Source: a virus
DNA length: 64,000 bases
Virus record (IMG/VR): IMGVR_UViG_3300033141_003629
Coordinates: 5,636 to 69,635 of that record
Direction: 5' to 3' (one strand)
In this document: positions 48,243 through 57,991 of the stretch, in pieces
Layout: each line of letters opens with the position of its first letter
Numbering within the stretch: the first letter of the stretch is position 1
Position numbers and translations under genes: made by a program
Notes under the pieces: model-generated
The model's input: the letters and a program-made list of their open reading frames with translations, nothing else
What the model was told of the DNA's origin: nothing
Databases searched by the model: none

Positions 48243-50567
48243 TGACTCCTCCTTTTTTATGCTACAGTTTTTGGCATGTTTGGAGCGTTTGTGGCATGTT
48301 TGATTGCTTAGTATATGTTTGGACTTTTCAATAGTCCAGCCCATTGCATCATAAATCTTCTTCATCTTACTATCAATGCTTTTATCAATAACTTTCTTCC
48401 AGTTTACTTTCATTTTTTTTACTAAATCTTGAGATTCTTTAGTATCATCAAAACACAGTACATCTTTTTTAACTTCGGTGATAGATTCTGTTGTTTCTCC
48501 TGTTTTTTTGCTAGTTCTCTTGCTTTTTCTTGTAGCTGTTCCAAAAGGCTCTACTGGAATATAATAAAAAGAATCTCCAGCAAATTTTTGCCACTTAGGA
48601 TTCAACTCTTTGGTATATTTATTGCCTCTTACAAAAATAGGGGGCGATTTATAAACCGTATTTTTTAATTTACAAGGAAAACCAACTTCATTCAGGGGGA
48701 GGATTTTAATTCTTTCTTTCTCTTGCTTTACAAAGGACTCAATTTGTTCCTTTGTTTCTTCGTTCTTTATTTTGTTAATGACTTCTGCTTGAAAATGTTT
48801 AATATATTTAGAAGAGTCTGCTCTTTTGACTTCAATACCTTTTTCTTCATGCTTTCTTTTCCCATTCTTTTTTAATAAGTCTCCATCATAGTGACATAAA
48901 GCAATAATAAAAATCTTTTCAAAAATTCCTTCATAATCAAACTCAATCTCTACATTATTTTTATTATACTTCTCTTTAGCCCACTGTTTTATTAATTGGT
49001 TACATAAGTCTGTGGGATTTTCTTCTGCCCGTATAAGAAGACCATCTGTATCAATATAAATAATTTTTATTCCTCGTTCTTGTAATTTATTTTCTACATA
49101 GTGAAGCAAGTCTCTAATTAAAAAAGTTATTGCTCTTGCTATTCGGATATCAAAGAGTCTAAAGACTTTTAATCCACATACTCCAAAGAGAGAATTAACT
49201 ACTGCCTTGGTAGCATCGTATTTAATTTGGAGGTCTTTAGCTTCCTGCGTTTCTGGGTCTAATGCATTTAGTCTTTTCTTTATTTCCTCTTTTTTGTTAA
49301 TCAATTTTCTGGCTAACATTGGTAACAGAGCATTTGATTTTTGAACAAAACGAGTTTTTTGAATTTCAATGCCTTCATTTTCTCGTATATTACCAATATC
49401 TAGACAAAAATTAATTATGCTTTGAGGATATGCACTAGACAAGTCTACTTTATATAAATTTTTGTACAGGCCAGTTAACCTCTCAATCGTAGTGCCGTCT
49501 TTATCTTCTATATTACACCTTCTATAAGCTCCTTCAAAAGTTTCGTCTAATTCAGAATCATAATTTTTTGATGGCAATATAATTCCCATGCTCTTAGCTT
49601 CAGAAAGAACCATCATATCCAGTATTTTTGAATTCCAAGATAAATCTTCCCAGGCCGATTTGCTCATGCGCCTAAGCTCATCATAGTAATTTACAATATG
49701 TAGTTTTTCTTCAATTTTCATCATTCTGCGAATATCGTTTATATTTTTCTCTTTTAATTTATCCGATAAAACATTAAATGGCACTTTCTCAAAAGACTCT
49801 TCTTGAAGCTCTATCTGTGCAATACTATCGAGAGCATAAGAGCGTTTTCCTTTATATATTTTCTTATACCAATCAAGAAAATCAACTACTCCTAGTCCTG
49901 CAGGTAGAATAGTTGGGTTATCTTTGCTTCCTATTATTCTATTATGAAAGATAGGGGATAAAACTCCTGCTAATTCTACTCCAAATACTTTTTTATATCT
50001 TGCACTTAAATAAGGCCAGTCAAATTTAAGCATATTCCAAGCAGCTATAAAATCAAACTGCTCCTTTCTCATCCACTCTACAAAATCATTTAGTAATTGT
50101 TTTTCTCTATTGAGCAAATCTGTATCTGGACTAATTAGATAATCACCTAAGTAGAAGGTTTTTATTTTGCCCGTATAATTATTAGAAACAGAAATACATG
50201 AAATTGGCGAATCTGGAAATTCTGGAGATGGGAGTGCACTACAAAGAACTTCGATATCTATAAAAGAATATTTTATTTTCGCTGGAAGAAATTTACCAAT
50301 TTTATCTATGATATATCTTTTATAAAATAAAACATCTGCTTCATAGGAGTTTTTATTTCTTTTCCTTCCGACTTCATACGGTTGATTACAAATAACTTTT
50401 TTAACTTTTTTCCTATCTATGGTCTTATATATGCCTGCATTAGATGGTTGATAAAAATATGGTTTAAAGGTAAGGTCTTTAAAAAGAGATAATTTTTCTC
50501 CTATACGATGAAATATATAAATTTCTCGCCCTTTATTTGCTACATTAGTCACTGCAAAATTAAGCAT
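47700..50567 (-). CDS. family B DNA polymerase in frame with a C-terminal HD hydrolase
   Basis: DIE, WN..FD, DLSSAYP, K...NSLFG, YIDTD, KGIE..R.D; then ASSTGKHHP, GGL..H, LHD..K, HMG.W, ADY. Confidence 0.9.
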   Translation of the reverse strand: MLNFAVTNVANKGREIYIFHRIGEKLSLFKDLTFKPYFYQPSNAGIYKTIDRKKVKKVICNQPYEVGRKRNKNSYEADVLFYKRYIIDKIGKFLPAKIKYSFIDIEVLCSALPSPEFPDSPISCISVSNNYTGKIKTFYLGDYLISPDTDLLNREKQLLNDFVEWMRKEQFDFIAAWNMLKFDWPYLSARYKKVFGVELAGVLSPIFHNRIIGSKDNPTILPAGLGVVDFLDWYKKIYKGKRSYALDSIAQIELQEESFEKVPFNVLSDKLKEKNINDIRRMMKIEEKLHIVNYYDELRRMSKSAWEDLSWNSKILDMMVLSEAKSMGIILPSKNYDSELDETFEGAYRRCNIEDKDGTTIERLTGLYKNLYKVDLSSAYPQSIINFCLDIGNIRENEGIEIQKTRFVQKSNALLPMLARKLINKKEEIKKRLNALDPETQEAKDLQIKYDATKAVVNSLFGVCGLKVFRLFDIRIARAITFLIRDLLHYVENKLQERGIKIIYIDTDGLLIRAEENPTDLCNQLIKQWAKEKYNKNNVEIEFDYEGIFEKIFIIALCHYDGDLLKKNGKRKHEEKGIEVKRADSSKYIKHFQAEVINKIKNEETKEQIESFVKQEKERIKILPLNEVGFPCKLKNTVYKSPPIFVRGNKYTKELNPKWQKFAGDSFYYIPVEPFGTATRKSKRTSKKTGETTESITEVKKDVLCFDDTKESQDLVKKMKVNWKKVIDKSIDSKMKKIYDAMGWTIEKSKHILSNQTCHKRSKHAKNCSIKKEESMKADVLDKEIALISNNAIREFVKKSLENTPDYFYIGMASSTGKHHPACTCKKGGLIVHVKRAIYFISRLCLGLDIKGIDKDIVLAAGILHDIAKVDKNKSTYEDYENHPINACNYFAVDVVGLDDKILQKINNCICFHMGLWTPKCIKKPIEKYSKLEFVVYMADYLAATKDLVTPKDQG

Positions 50568-50568
50568 T

Positions 50569-50928
50569 TTATTTTACTCCCCACAAATAAAATGGATGCC
50601 AAATTCCATCATATCCGTTGTCATGCAAATAATTTAACATTTTATTTGCGCCAATGGGATTACAACTATGAATATAAAATAAACTTCTTTTACAAAGATT
50701 ATTATTAACTATCCACTTTATAAGCTGATAACCAGTATTTTCTTCTTCAGAATCTACCCAAATTCTACAATCTAAATCGTGGTCTAAGAAAAAAATTTGA
50801 ATTGAAAGTTTTTCTATGCATTTTTTCGCTTCTTGAATATTTGAATAAATATATAATGACTGGTCTTTAAAAAGATTTTTCATAGCTTCAATACGAGCTA
50901 AATTATCTTCGAGAATAAGAATATTCAT
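50569..50928 (-). CDS. cyclic-phosphate-processing receiver-like domain protein
   Basis: ILILEDN..R, FLDHDL, TGY, IHS.N..GA..M. Confidence 0.8.
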   Translation of the reverse strand: MNILILEDNLARIEAMKNLFKDQSLYIYSNIQEAKKCIEKLSIQIFFLDHDLDCRIWVDSEEENTGYQLIKWIVNNNLCKRSLFYIHSCNPIGANKMLNYLHDNGYDGIWHPFYLWGVK

Positions 50929-52550
50929 CGCTTGCTCCCAAAACTCCCAAATCCAGGTTTCTTTCTTTTTATTGGCTTGACTTTCTTAAACTCCATTATC
51001 CAGACTGAAATAGCAAATACTTGCATAGCCTGAAATAAGTGGTTCTCTCCTTTACAAGCATATAAAATTTTACCATGTTTATTTCGACCAGCAACAATAT
51101 TGTTCATTTGAGTATCTAACTTGGAATCTTCATAACACTCTATTTTTTTATCATAAAAAATATTTTTTAAACACTGAATTGACCAATCTACTACGCTTGT
51201 CGTTTCAAACTCCGGTTTTCCATTTCTATCGGTTACTAAATTTCCATTGGTATCTTTCTTAAATCCTATTTCTATATTTGAATTAAAATCTATGGGTATA
51301 AAATTATTTTTGCTCTCTGGATACTTTTTAACCAAATGGCTATATATACTTTTTCCTACTCCCGATGTATGGTCTAATGCTATAAAATTTGGAGATAATA
51401 GACTGATTAGGTAATCTATAAATGCTTCTTCTTCAGTAGGAGAAAGTTGAAAAGTAGTAATTCTGTAAATATATCTATATTTTTTATTTATTTTTATAAT
51501 TATAGCATATTCTGAAGGAGCGCCCCCCTCTCCTACATCAAAATAAATCCCCAAGCTATTTGCATTCGCTGGTCTTTCCATAAATAGAATTTCTTTGTGT
51601 CTATAAAAATTATCTTTATTGACTTCAAAACATTGGATAGGAATGCCATTTCCTTCTTTGTCAAGCAAATAAGTCTCTCTTATTCGTGCAATATCAAATA
51701 CACTATTCATTCCTTCAATGACTTTTCCTTCTATTTGCACGAGATATCCTGGAGAATCTTTTCCTCCAAATTCTCTAATAGCATCGTCTTCTTTCTTTTT
51801 GTTCCAGGTCGGATTAGCGTACGAAGGGAGATTAATAATTTTGTACTTATTTTCTAACGCATGAAAAATTTCTCCCATAGGAGAAGCTTTTGTAAAGGTC
51901 GTCATTCCGCTGTATCTATTTTTGCAACCTTTTTCTGCTTGACTCATTAACATTTTTCCAGAAACATCTTTAGTTAAAAACGAAGCTTCTTCAATATAAT
52001 GCCTATCAAAATGCTTTTGATAATATTGTGAACCTGGATTTTTTCCTGTAATATTTTGATTTACACTCTCTAATAAACACCCGTTGTTAAAGTTTATTTT
52101 ATATGTCGGGCTTCTTAATGATTTGGCGTGTAGAAGTTTAAAAACGCTGTGATTTTCTACACAGTGAATAATCTTATCAAAGAGAGTTTGAACGTGAAGT
52201 TTATCATACGAGCTAATAACTGCCCAATTATATATTTTTTTAAGTGTAACCAATAATATATCTAGCGTAATAAAGACTAAAGATTTTCCAGTTAATCTAC
52301 CTCCGAGATTATAACTTTCTGCCAAATTATTTTCTATCTTCCAATTTTCTTCTGGAGATTTTTTCTTATCATATAAAAATAAAGAATCCCAAGAAAGCAT
52401 TGGATATTGATAAAGCCTTATATGACCTGTTTTTTCTTTATCCCACCGGTCTAAAGCATCAAAATCATGAAAAAGTAGCTCTGCAGACATTACTGGATGA
52501 GATAAGGTCTGAAAAAATATAAGTTCTTTTTGTTTGATTTTAGCTATCAT
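50925..52550 (-). CDS. terminase large subunit
   Basis: GGRLTGKS Walker A, YIEEA Walker B, GIYFDVG and LDHTSGVG nuclease motifs. Confidence 0.75.
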   Translation of the reverse strand: MIAKIKQKELIFFQTLSHPVMSAELLFHDFDALDRWDKEKTGHIRLYQYPMLSWDSLFLYDKKKSPEENWKIENNLAESYNLGGRLTGKSLVFITLDILLVTLKKIYNWAVISSYDKLHVQTLFDKIIHCVENHSVFKLLHAKSLRSPTYKINFNNGCLLESVNQNITGKNPGSQYYQKHFDRHYIEEASFLTKDVSGKMLMSQAEKGCKNRYSGMTTFTKASPMGEIFHALENKYKIINLPSYANPTWNKKKEDDAIREFGGKDSPGYLVQIEGKVIEGMNSVFDIARIRETYLLDKEGNGIPIQCFEVNKDNFYRHKEILFMERPANANSLGIYFDVGEGGAPSEYAIIIKINKKYRYIYRITTFQLSPTEEEAFIDYLISLLSPNFIALDHTSGVGKSIYSHLVKKYPESKNNFIPIDFNSNIEIGFKKDTNGNLVTDRNGKPEFETTSVVDWSIQCLKNIFYDKKIECYEDSKLDTQMNNIVAGRNKHGKILYACKGENHLFQAMQVFAISVWIMEFKKVKPIKRKKPGFGSFGSKR

Positions 52551-53271
52551 TTTTAAGGTCTTTTAAAAATATTTGCTCATATATTAGTGTTACATATTTA
52601 TGATTTACGTCTAAGATTTTTGCAACTTCCTCAATAGTCAATTTCTTTTCGTGATATGCTTTTAGTAGTGGTTTATTGTATAGGGTAGTCCCCCTAAAAA
52701 ATGAAGCTTTTTTTATATCATATCCATCTAACTTCATTATCTGTCTGCTGAGTTGCAAACAATATGGACATTTATAATAAATTTCTCCGGCATGAGTGTT
52801 ATAATATTCTTTTGCTTTTGTTTTTAATTCATTCCATACAGAAGAAAAGGAGTCTGTTTCTTTTTCCTTTAATAGACCCAAAACCCGTTCGTCTTCAGCA
52901 ATAGAAGAGTCCAAATCGAGCATTTTTTGTGCAATGCCTAGTGGTATGGCTCCAACTTGCTCACCCTTTGCATTTGTTTTGGTATATTCATCTTCCATAA
53001 ATTTCTGCATTCGTTGTCTTAGCATTTTTTTATAAACCATTCCTATAAGTTTACTTTTCTCTGCATAAGACTCAAATAAATTTTGCGATAAATATTCTTT
53101 ATATATTTCTACTGCTTGTTTGATTTCACTGCTTATCAAGCCAGAAAATGCTTTTTTTAATTCTTTCTCTTCTAACTTTTCTTCTGCTAGTTTAACAAGC
53201 TGTTCTTCTGTAAGATTCTTATTCTGCTTTAAACCCCGTAGTCTCTTAATTAATTTTTCTTTCTTAGTCAT
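52540..53271 (-). CDS. possible terminase small subunit / HTH protein
   Basis: Overlaps the terL start; helical, CPYC, C-terminal TIEEVAKIL HTH. Confidence 0.45.
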   Translation of the reverse strand: MTKKEKLIKRLRGLKQNKNLTEEQLVKLAEEKLEEKELKKAFSGLISSEIKQAVEIYKEYLSQNLFESYAEKSKLIGMVYKKMLRQRMQKFMEDEYTKTNAKGEQVGAIPLGIAQKMLDLDSSIAEDERVLGLLKEKETDSFSSVWNELKTKAKEYYNTHAGEIYYKCPYCLQLSRQIMKLDGYDIKKASFFRGTTLYNKPLLKAYHEKKLTIEEVAKILDVNHKYVTLIYEQIFLKDLKNDS

Positions 53272-54280
53272 TTTCTATCCCTCTTTCAAAGTAAAATGGG
53301 ATGTGAATTTCCATGCCCTCTATACAATTCTCTATTTGGCTTTTATCAACACGGACAACCATATCAAAACCAATCAATATTTTCTCCATTTCTGCTTTGC
53401 CATCTTCAGTAACTGCCCCTGTTGGTCTTTTTTCTTTTGGGGCGTCTACTTTTTGACCCCTCCTAAATTTAAGGATGAGCCTACTAGAATGTAGGAGGGC
53501 GTTTCCACCTGTAAGTGTCTCTAATTTTATAAATCCACCCAAGTCCATTCTGCTCTGCCCAATAAATACAACCGCACACTTTGCTTCTGCAACAAATGCA
53601 GTTCCCATTTCAAAAAATTGAGCAAGCTTCCTGGCTCTTAGTGCCATTGTATCGTCGCTAACAGATTTTTCCTTATCTGCTTTGCCTTTATATAACTCTC
53701 CTTTTGGTGCTAGACCATGCAAAGAATCAAATACAATTAAATCTACTACTTTTTCTCTGCATAATTTTAAAATTACATCTAGCCCATCCTCTAATTGCTC
53801 TACATCTATTACTACAAGAGAATCGGTATCTACTTTTCTTTTTGCCGCATAAACTGGGTCATAGCTTCTCTCTCCATTTATATAAACACACTGCTTTCCT
53901 ATTTTTTGGGCATTAGCAATCAAATCCAGTATAGCGGTTGTTTTGCCTGTTCCTTTAGACCCCCAAATTGTTGTAAATGTTCCTTCAAGAATTCCTCCAC
54001 CGATTAATTTATCTATATGCTTGTTTCCAAATGGAATTCTATTTCTAATTTCTACGTCGCTAGCAAACTTTATAGCTCCTTTGCCTATTTTTTTAGTCAA
54101 ATCTCGCAAAACTGAATTAAGTTTATTTCTTTTTTTTGTTTGTTCAGAAGAAAAAATCTTTTCTACATTTAACAACTTTTTTAATTTTGGAATTTCTTTA
54201 ATAGGAATTTTATTAAATTCCTCAGAAGACATTGTTGGGGGATTCTTTTTCTTATTTTTACTTCCTTTTGGTCTGCCCAT
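53264..54280 (-). CDS. RecA/UvsX-like recombinase
   Basis: GSKGTGKTT, INGE, VFDS, MALRAR, Q.R, GGNAL; N-terminal GRPKGSKNK AT-hook-like motif. Confidence 0.9.
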   Translation of the reverse strand: MGRPKGSKNKKKNPPTMSSEEFNKIPIKEIPKLKKLLNVEKIFSSEQTKKRNKLNSVLRDLTKKIGKGAIKFASDVEIRNRIPFGNKHIDKLIGGGILEGTFTTIWGSKGTGKTTAILDLIANAQKIGKQCVYINGERSYDPVYAAKRKVDTDSLVVIDVEQLEDGLDVILKLCREKVVDLIVFDSLHGLAPKGELYKGKADKEKSVSDDTMALRARKLAQFFEMGTAFVAEAKCAVVFIGQSRMDLGGFIKLETLTGGNALLHSSRLILKFRRGQKVDAPKEKRPTGAVTEDGKAEMEKILIGFDMVVRVDKSQIENCIEGMEIHIPFYFERGIEND

Positions 54281-54290
54281 AATTAGCTCC

Positions 54291-54638
54291 TTATTGCATT
54301 TCTCCTGTAGCTTCTACAGCTTTATAAATTGTTTTAAAATAATCTTCAAGTGTTAAGGTTACAGTAATCAACCCACCTTTATGCTGATTAACAAATATAG
54401 GAATCCTAGTACTATTAATTGGCAGGGCATTTCTTAATTTATCGAAATCAACTTTCTTAATGATGATATTTTTATGTGTATTATCTACCTTGCATTGTAC
54501 TATAAAATTTTCAGATAATATATCTTCTAATTCAGTAGAACCTCCGCTATTTTTTGTTTTTCTAGCAGTGGGCTCTATTTTCTTGATATAGGAAATTACT
54601 AATTCTTCTAATTTATTTCCTACGATTTTCTTGTTCAT
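54291..54638 (-). CDS. PD-(D/E)xK Holliday-resolvase-like nuclease
   Basis: G..LE..V, SGG....DI......QCK. Confidence 0.7.
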   Translation of the reverse strand: MNKKIVGNKLEELVISYIKKIEPTARKTKNSGGSTELEDILSENFIVQCKVDNTHKNIIIKKVDFDKLRNALPINSTRIPIFVNQHKGGLITVTLTLEDYFKTIYKAVEATGEMQ

Positions 54639-55237
54639 CTTTTCCTTTTTGGTTTTTCATCGTTTTCTATTGTCTTCTTAAACAATTGGCCAGAAGCAGT
54701 ATGATAAATTACAATTCCTTCTGGATTCATATATCCAGGAACAACAGAACTTCCCTTTAGTGTCAAATTTTGCAATATTCCCTCAATAAAGATAGTATCG
54801 AACTTTCCTCTAAAAAGAACAGGCACAACATAACAACAGTTAGGAGCTAGAGACTTTTTTTTATCTTTTAGTTCATCATAAATATAATTATGAGAATCAA
54901 CCCATTTTCTAGTGTTAAATAAATAAAATCTTTTCTCTTTTAAGCCATAACCTCTTTGAATTCCCTGCCCCATCCACTCACCATAATGAAATCCAGGTCC
55001 AAGTTTTCTCAATTCGTCTTGGTTTTCCTTAATCCATTTAGCAAACCCATAATTGTCATTGGGGATTTCTTCTTGGATAGAACCCCAAAGCCAACGCTTG
55101 CGGCTACCTGCAAAAATGTTATTCTCCTCATCAATATAGATAATTCCATTAGTTCCATCTATTTTTTCGGTTATAACAATTTCTCTACTGAATCTGGGAA
55201 TCTTCTGAAAACATTTAAATTCTGGAAAAATATTCAT
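54635..55237 (-). CDS. RNA ligase (Rnl2-like nucleotidyltransferase domain)
   Basis: TEKIDGTN, GSR, YGEW.G.GIQ, FYLF, VPVL, EGIV, K. Confidence 0.85.
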   Translation of the reverse strand: MNIFPEFKCFQKIPRFSREIVITEKIDGTNGIIYIDEENNIFAGSRKRWLWGSIQEEIPNDNYGFAKWIKENQDELRKLGPGFHYGEWMGQGIQRGYGLKEKRFYLFNTRKWVDSHNYIYDELKDKKKSLAPNCCYVVPVLFRGKFDTIFIEGILQNLTLKGSSVVPGYMNPEGIVIYHTASGQLFKKTIENDEKPKRKR

Positions 55238-55425
55238 GCATTTCCTCCTTCCCAATGAGGGCATTTTTTGCAATCTTCTAAAGTAAAATTAACACACCTC
55301 TCACATGGCTCAGAAAAATTTGGTTCTTTATCTTCTCGAATTCTTTCTCTGGGATTCATATGCCAAAATCTACGATACTTAATTTTATTGAGATTAATTC
55401 TATACTTTTTATCTTTTTTACTCAT
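55234..55425 (-). CDS. small Cys-containing protein
   Basis: Two CxxC; coupled to both neighbours. Confidence 0.55.
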   Translation of the reverse strand: MSKKDKKYRINLNKIKYRRFWHMNPRERIREDKEPNFSEPCERCVNFTLEDCKKCPHWEGGNA

Positions 55426-57317
55426 TATATTAAATCTTTTGGTTTAAAAACTCTAGTATCGTGATTATATTCACAAGGAATAATATAAGTGGTATAGTTT
55501 CCTCTTGGTTCTTTTATTTTATCACATTGCCAATGGCCTTCTGTGTGGTTTTCATTGTCTTGAATATATCTAGCTGCAAATGTAGGAAAGTGGTCAATTA
55601 AATTCGGAGCAAACCATTCATAATCCTTTTTTAACTGAGTAAAAATAACAAGAATACCTCTCTTGCGCTGCAATTCATCGTTGATATGTTTTAATACTGT
55701 ATCTGTCTCTGCTTTATTTTCCAAACAGAGCCAGTCGAGAATTGTGAATGCATTTCTTTCTAATTCTATAGCAAGGGGGTTTGAATGTTGACAATGATAA
55801 AATTTGCCTACAATTCCTAGCATTTTTGCAGTTTTCTGAAAACGAGACCCAGCTTCGTTATAAATATAGTAGGGTTTAATTCCTTGTTTAATTATTTCAA
55901 CAAACATGTTTAGTGCTATTGTTGTTTTACCTTCATTAGTCTTGCCTCCTAAAATTAAACAATCTGCATCTTGGAAAACAGCGATGTTGTTAAAGAAAGG
56001 TATTTTATAATCACACTCATTAATTACTTCTGGTGCACTATCACTCCACTGTACTTTTTCTTTATAGTGATATCTACCCCACCCCACTCTTATAGCTCTA
56101 CCATCTCTTACAAATTGTGATAGATATTTATAAGCTAGCGGAGCTTTTGTTTGGTCATTATTAAACACTCCCTTAACTATATCGTTAGGGCTAACATCGG
56201 TCTGCATTATTTTCAAGAATTCATATATAGCTTTTTCGTGATTCTCTTCTGTAGTTACTTCATAGCCATCCAAAGATTTAAGCATAGCTTGAACATCTTT
56301 GGTTTGCATTGGATTTTCTAGCCAATTTTTGTTAAGCCAATGCAATATTGTATTTCTCTTTTTTGCAGGAATTCCTATTTTTGTTAATACCCCACCAAAT
56401 TTTACAAAAGAATCATTACAACAGCCTTCGAGATTATTATTAACGAGGTTTGGTTTTTCTCCTTTATAAGAAGGCAAATCTAGCTCCTCATTAATTTCCT
56501 CTGCATTTCTACTTTTTTCAACTGTTTGAATTTTCAATAACTTGGATTTTAATTCTTTTGGAATTTTTTTAATCTCTGTTCCTAAATTAAGCCAAGTATA
56601 TTCTTTTTTATCAATTCTAGAAGGAGCTATAACAATTTGTCCTTCTGTTCTTGTATCTATTTGTGTTCCGCCTATATTAACTTTTTGTTTTTTTAATTCT
56701 TCGTCCCATAAAAATACAAAGTGCTTTCCTCCAGACGGGGTTGTTTGGGTTAATGTATCTGCTTTTTCACATAAAGAAATTATTTCTTGTCTCAGAGGCT
56801 TTATTTCTTCTTTTATTAATTTTTTTACATCTACATCAATAACTAGAATATTACTTTTCTCGCAATTAACACCAATATTAAGCCCGTTGTTTAGCCACTT
56901 AATCCATTTTACTTTTTCTTTATTTTCTATTTCTCTCCAGTTAGATTCAAATGGACTTTTGCTGTTTTGTAATAAAGCAACTAAAGACCAGTTATATTTC
57001 TTATAATATTCTAATTCTTTATACATATCTAATTTTAAATCTTTAATTAAATAGTTAGTAATATCTGCATCAGACAAATTTTTTTTATCTTCTTCTAATA
57101 CTCTTATACAATCATAAACAGAGCCTTTAAATCCACAGACAAGACATGTGATTTTATTTGAATTTGGTAAAAAAGTAGCTGTAGGTGTCTTGGATTTAAA
57201 CTTATGAGACGTTACTTTAGGACATGTAAAAAGATGTTGTCCTGACTTTTTTATTTTAGAAAAAGATGGTAATTTTTTTTCTAAATAATCAAAGAGATGT
57301 TTTGCAATATTGCTCAT
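55425..57317 (-). CDS. zinc-binding + Prim-Pol (AEP) primase + P-loop ATPase fusion
   Basis: CP...H/CLVC; NIG......LVIDVD, TPSGGKH, DTR.....APS; GGKTNEGKTT, ILDW, FTQL. Confidence 0.85.
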   Translation of the reverse strand: MSNIAKHLFDYLEKKLPSFSKIKKSGQHLFTCPKVTSHKFKSKTPTATFLPNSNKITCLVCGFKGSVYDCIRVLEEDKKNLSDADITNYLIKDLKLDMYKELEYYKKYNWSLVALLQNSKSPFESNWREIENKEKVKWIKWLNNGLNIGVNCEKSNILVIDVDVKKLIKEEIKPLRQEIISLCEKADTLTQTTPSGGKHFVFLWDEELKKQKVNIGGTQIDTRTEGQIVIAPSRIDKKEYTWLNLGTEIKKIPKELKSKLLKIQTVEKSRNAEEINEELDLPSYKGEKPNLVNNNLEGCCNDSFVKFGGVLTKIGIPAKKRNTILHWLNKNWLENPMQTKDVQAMLKSLDGYEVTTEENHEKAIYEFLKIMQTDVSPNDIVKGVFNNDQTKAPLAYKYLSQFVRDGRAIRVGWGRYHYKEKVQWSDSAPEVINECDYKIPFFNNIAVFQDADCLILGGKTNEGKTTIALNMFVEIIKQGIKPYYIYNEAGSRFQKTAKMLGIVGKFYHCQHSNPLAIELERNAFTILDWLCLENKAETDTVLKHINDELQRKRGILVIFTQLKKDYEWFAPNLIDHFPTFAARYIQDNENHTEGHWQCDKIKEPRGNYTTYIIPCEYNHDTRVFKPKDLI

Positions 57318-57371
57318 AACACTCCTCTATATTGTAAAAATCAAGCTTTACTCTCTATTGTATTAATTTTA

Positions 57372-57890
57372 TCACTCTATTCTTAACCAATCTACAAATG
57401 CCTCAGCCAAAATAAGAGTAAACTGCTGGGCAGCATCTGGGTCTGGATGACCTGTCTCTGGGTTTAAGAAAGTTTGTCCACCAGTAACCGCAGCAGCCGC
57501 ATTCAAAGCATTTCCTCTTTGAATTTGTGCAGTCCTATCTACATTATTATAGGAAACAACCGATTTTTTTTCGTTTTCTGTTGCAGACTTTTTTGGAGCC
57601 TTATCTTTACAACTCCAGCAAGTAGGATAATTTGGATTCTTTAATTCTTTGCCACAAATACTGCACCGAGGCACATCTTGCTCTACATTGTTATCGTCTA
57701 TCTTTTGTAGCTTTGTTACATAAATAGCTGCTCCTTTTTTCTCTGTAGTAATAGAAACTACATCTCCCTTATTTACATTTTCTAAATAAGGAATAACAAA
57801 ATCTCTAACATTGTACCATTTATTATCTACACCTTTAAACGCTTTATTGTCTCCCTTCTTTGCTGCAATCTTAATAATTTTTTGTGGCAT
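57372..57890 (-). CDS. putative ssDNA-binding/annealing protein with zinc finger
   Basis: OB-like N-terminus, CSIC...CWSC, I.R..AL..A; between primase and exonuclease. Confidence 0.45.
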   Translation of the reverse strand: MPQKIIKIAAKKGDNKAFKGVDNKWYNVRDFVIPYLENVNKGDVVSITTEKKGAAIYVTKLQKIDDNNVEQDVPRCSICGKELKNPNYPTCWSCKDKAPKKSATENEKKSVVSYNNVDRTAQIQRGNALNAAAAVTGGQTFLNPETGHPDPDAAQQFTLILAEAFVDWLRIE

Positions 57891-57991
57891 CTCATTCCTC
57901 CTTTGATTAGTTTTAAATTTTTACTTTAATGTATCTCCTTGTGTTTTTATGACAACAATAACGGACTTGAGATAATTTTTTAACTATTATA

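Noticed and set aside
47700-52550. Inteins or introns in PolB and TerL
   Set aside because: Conserved motifs are normally spaced; no intein termini or homing endonuclease motifs seen
53120-57006. Antisense + strand ORFs of 100-154 aa over recA, ligase and primase
   Set aside because: Phe/Leu/Ser-rich mirror translations of Lys/Glu-rich genes, with no recognisable motifs
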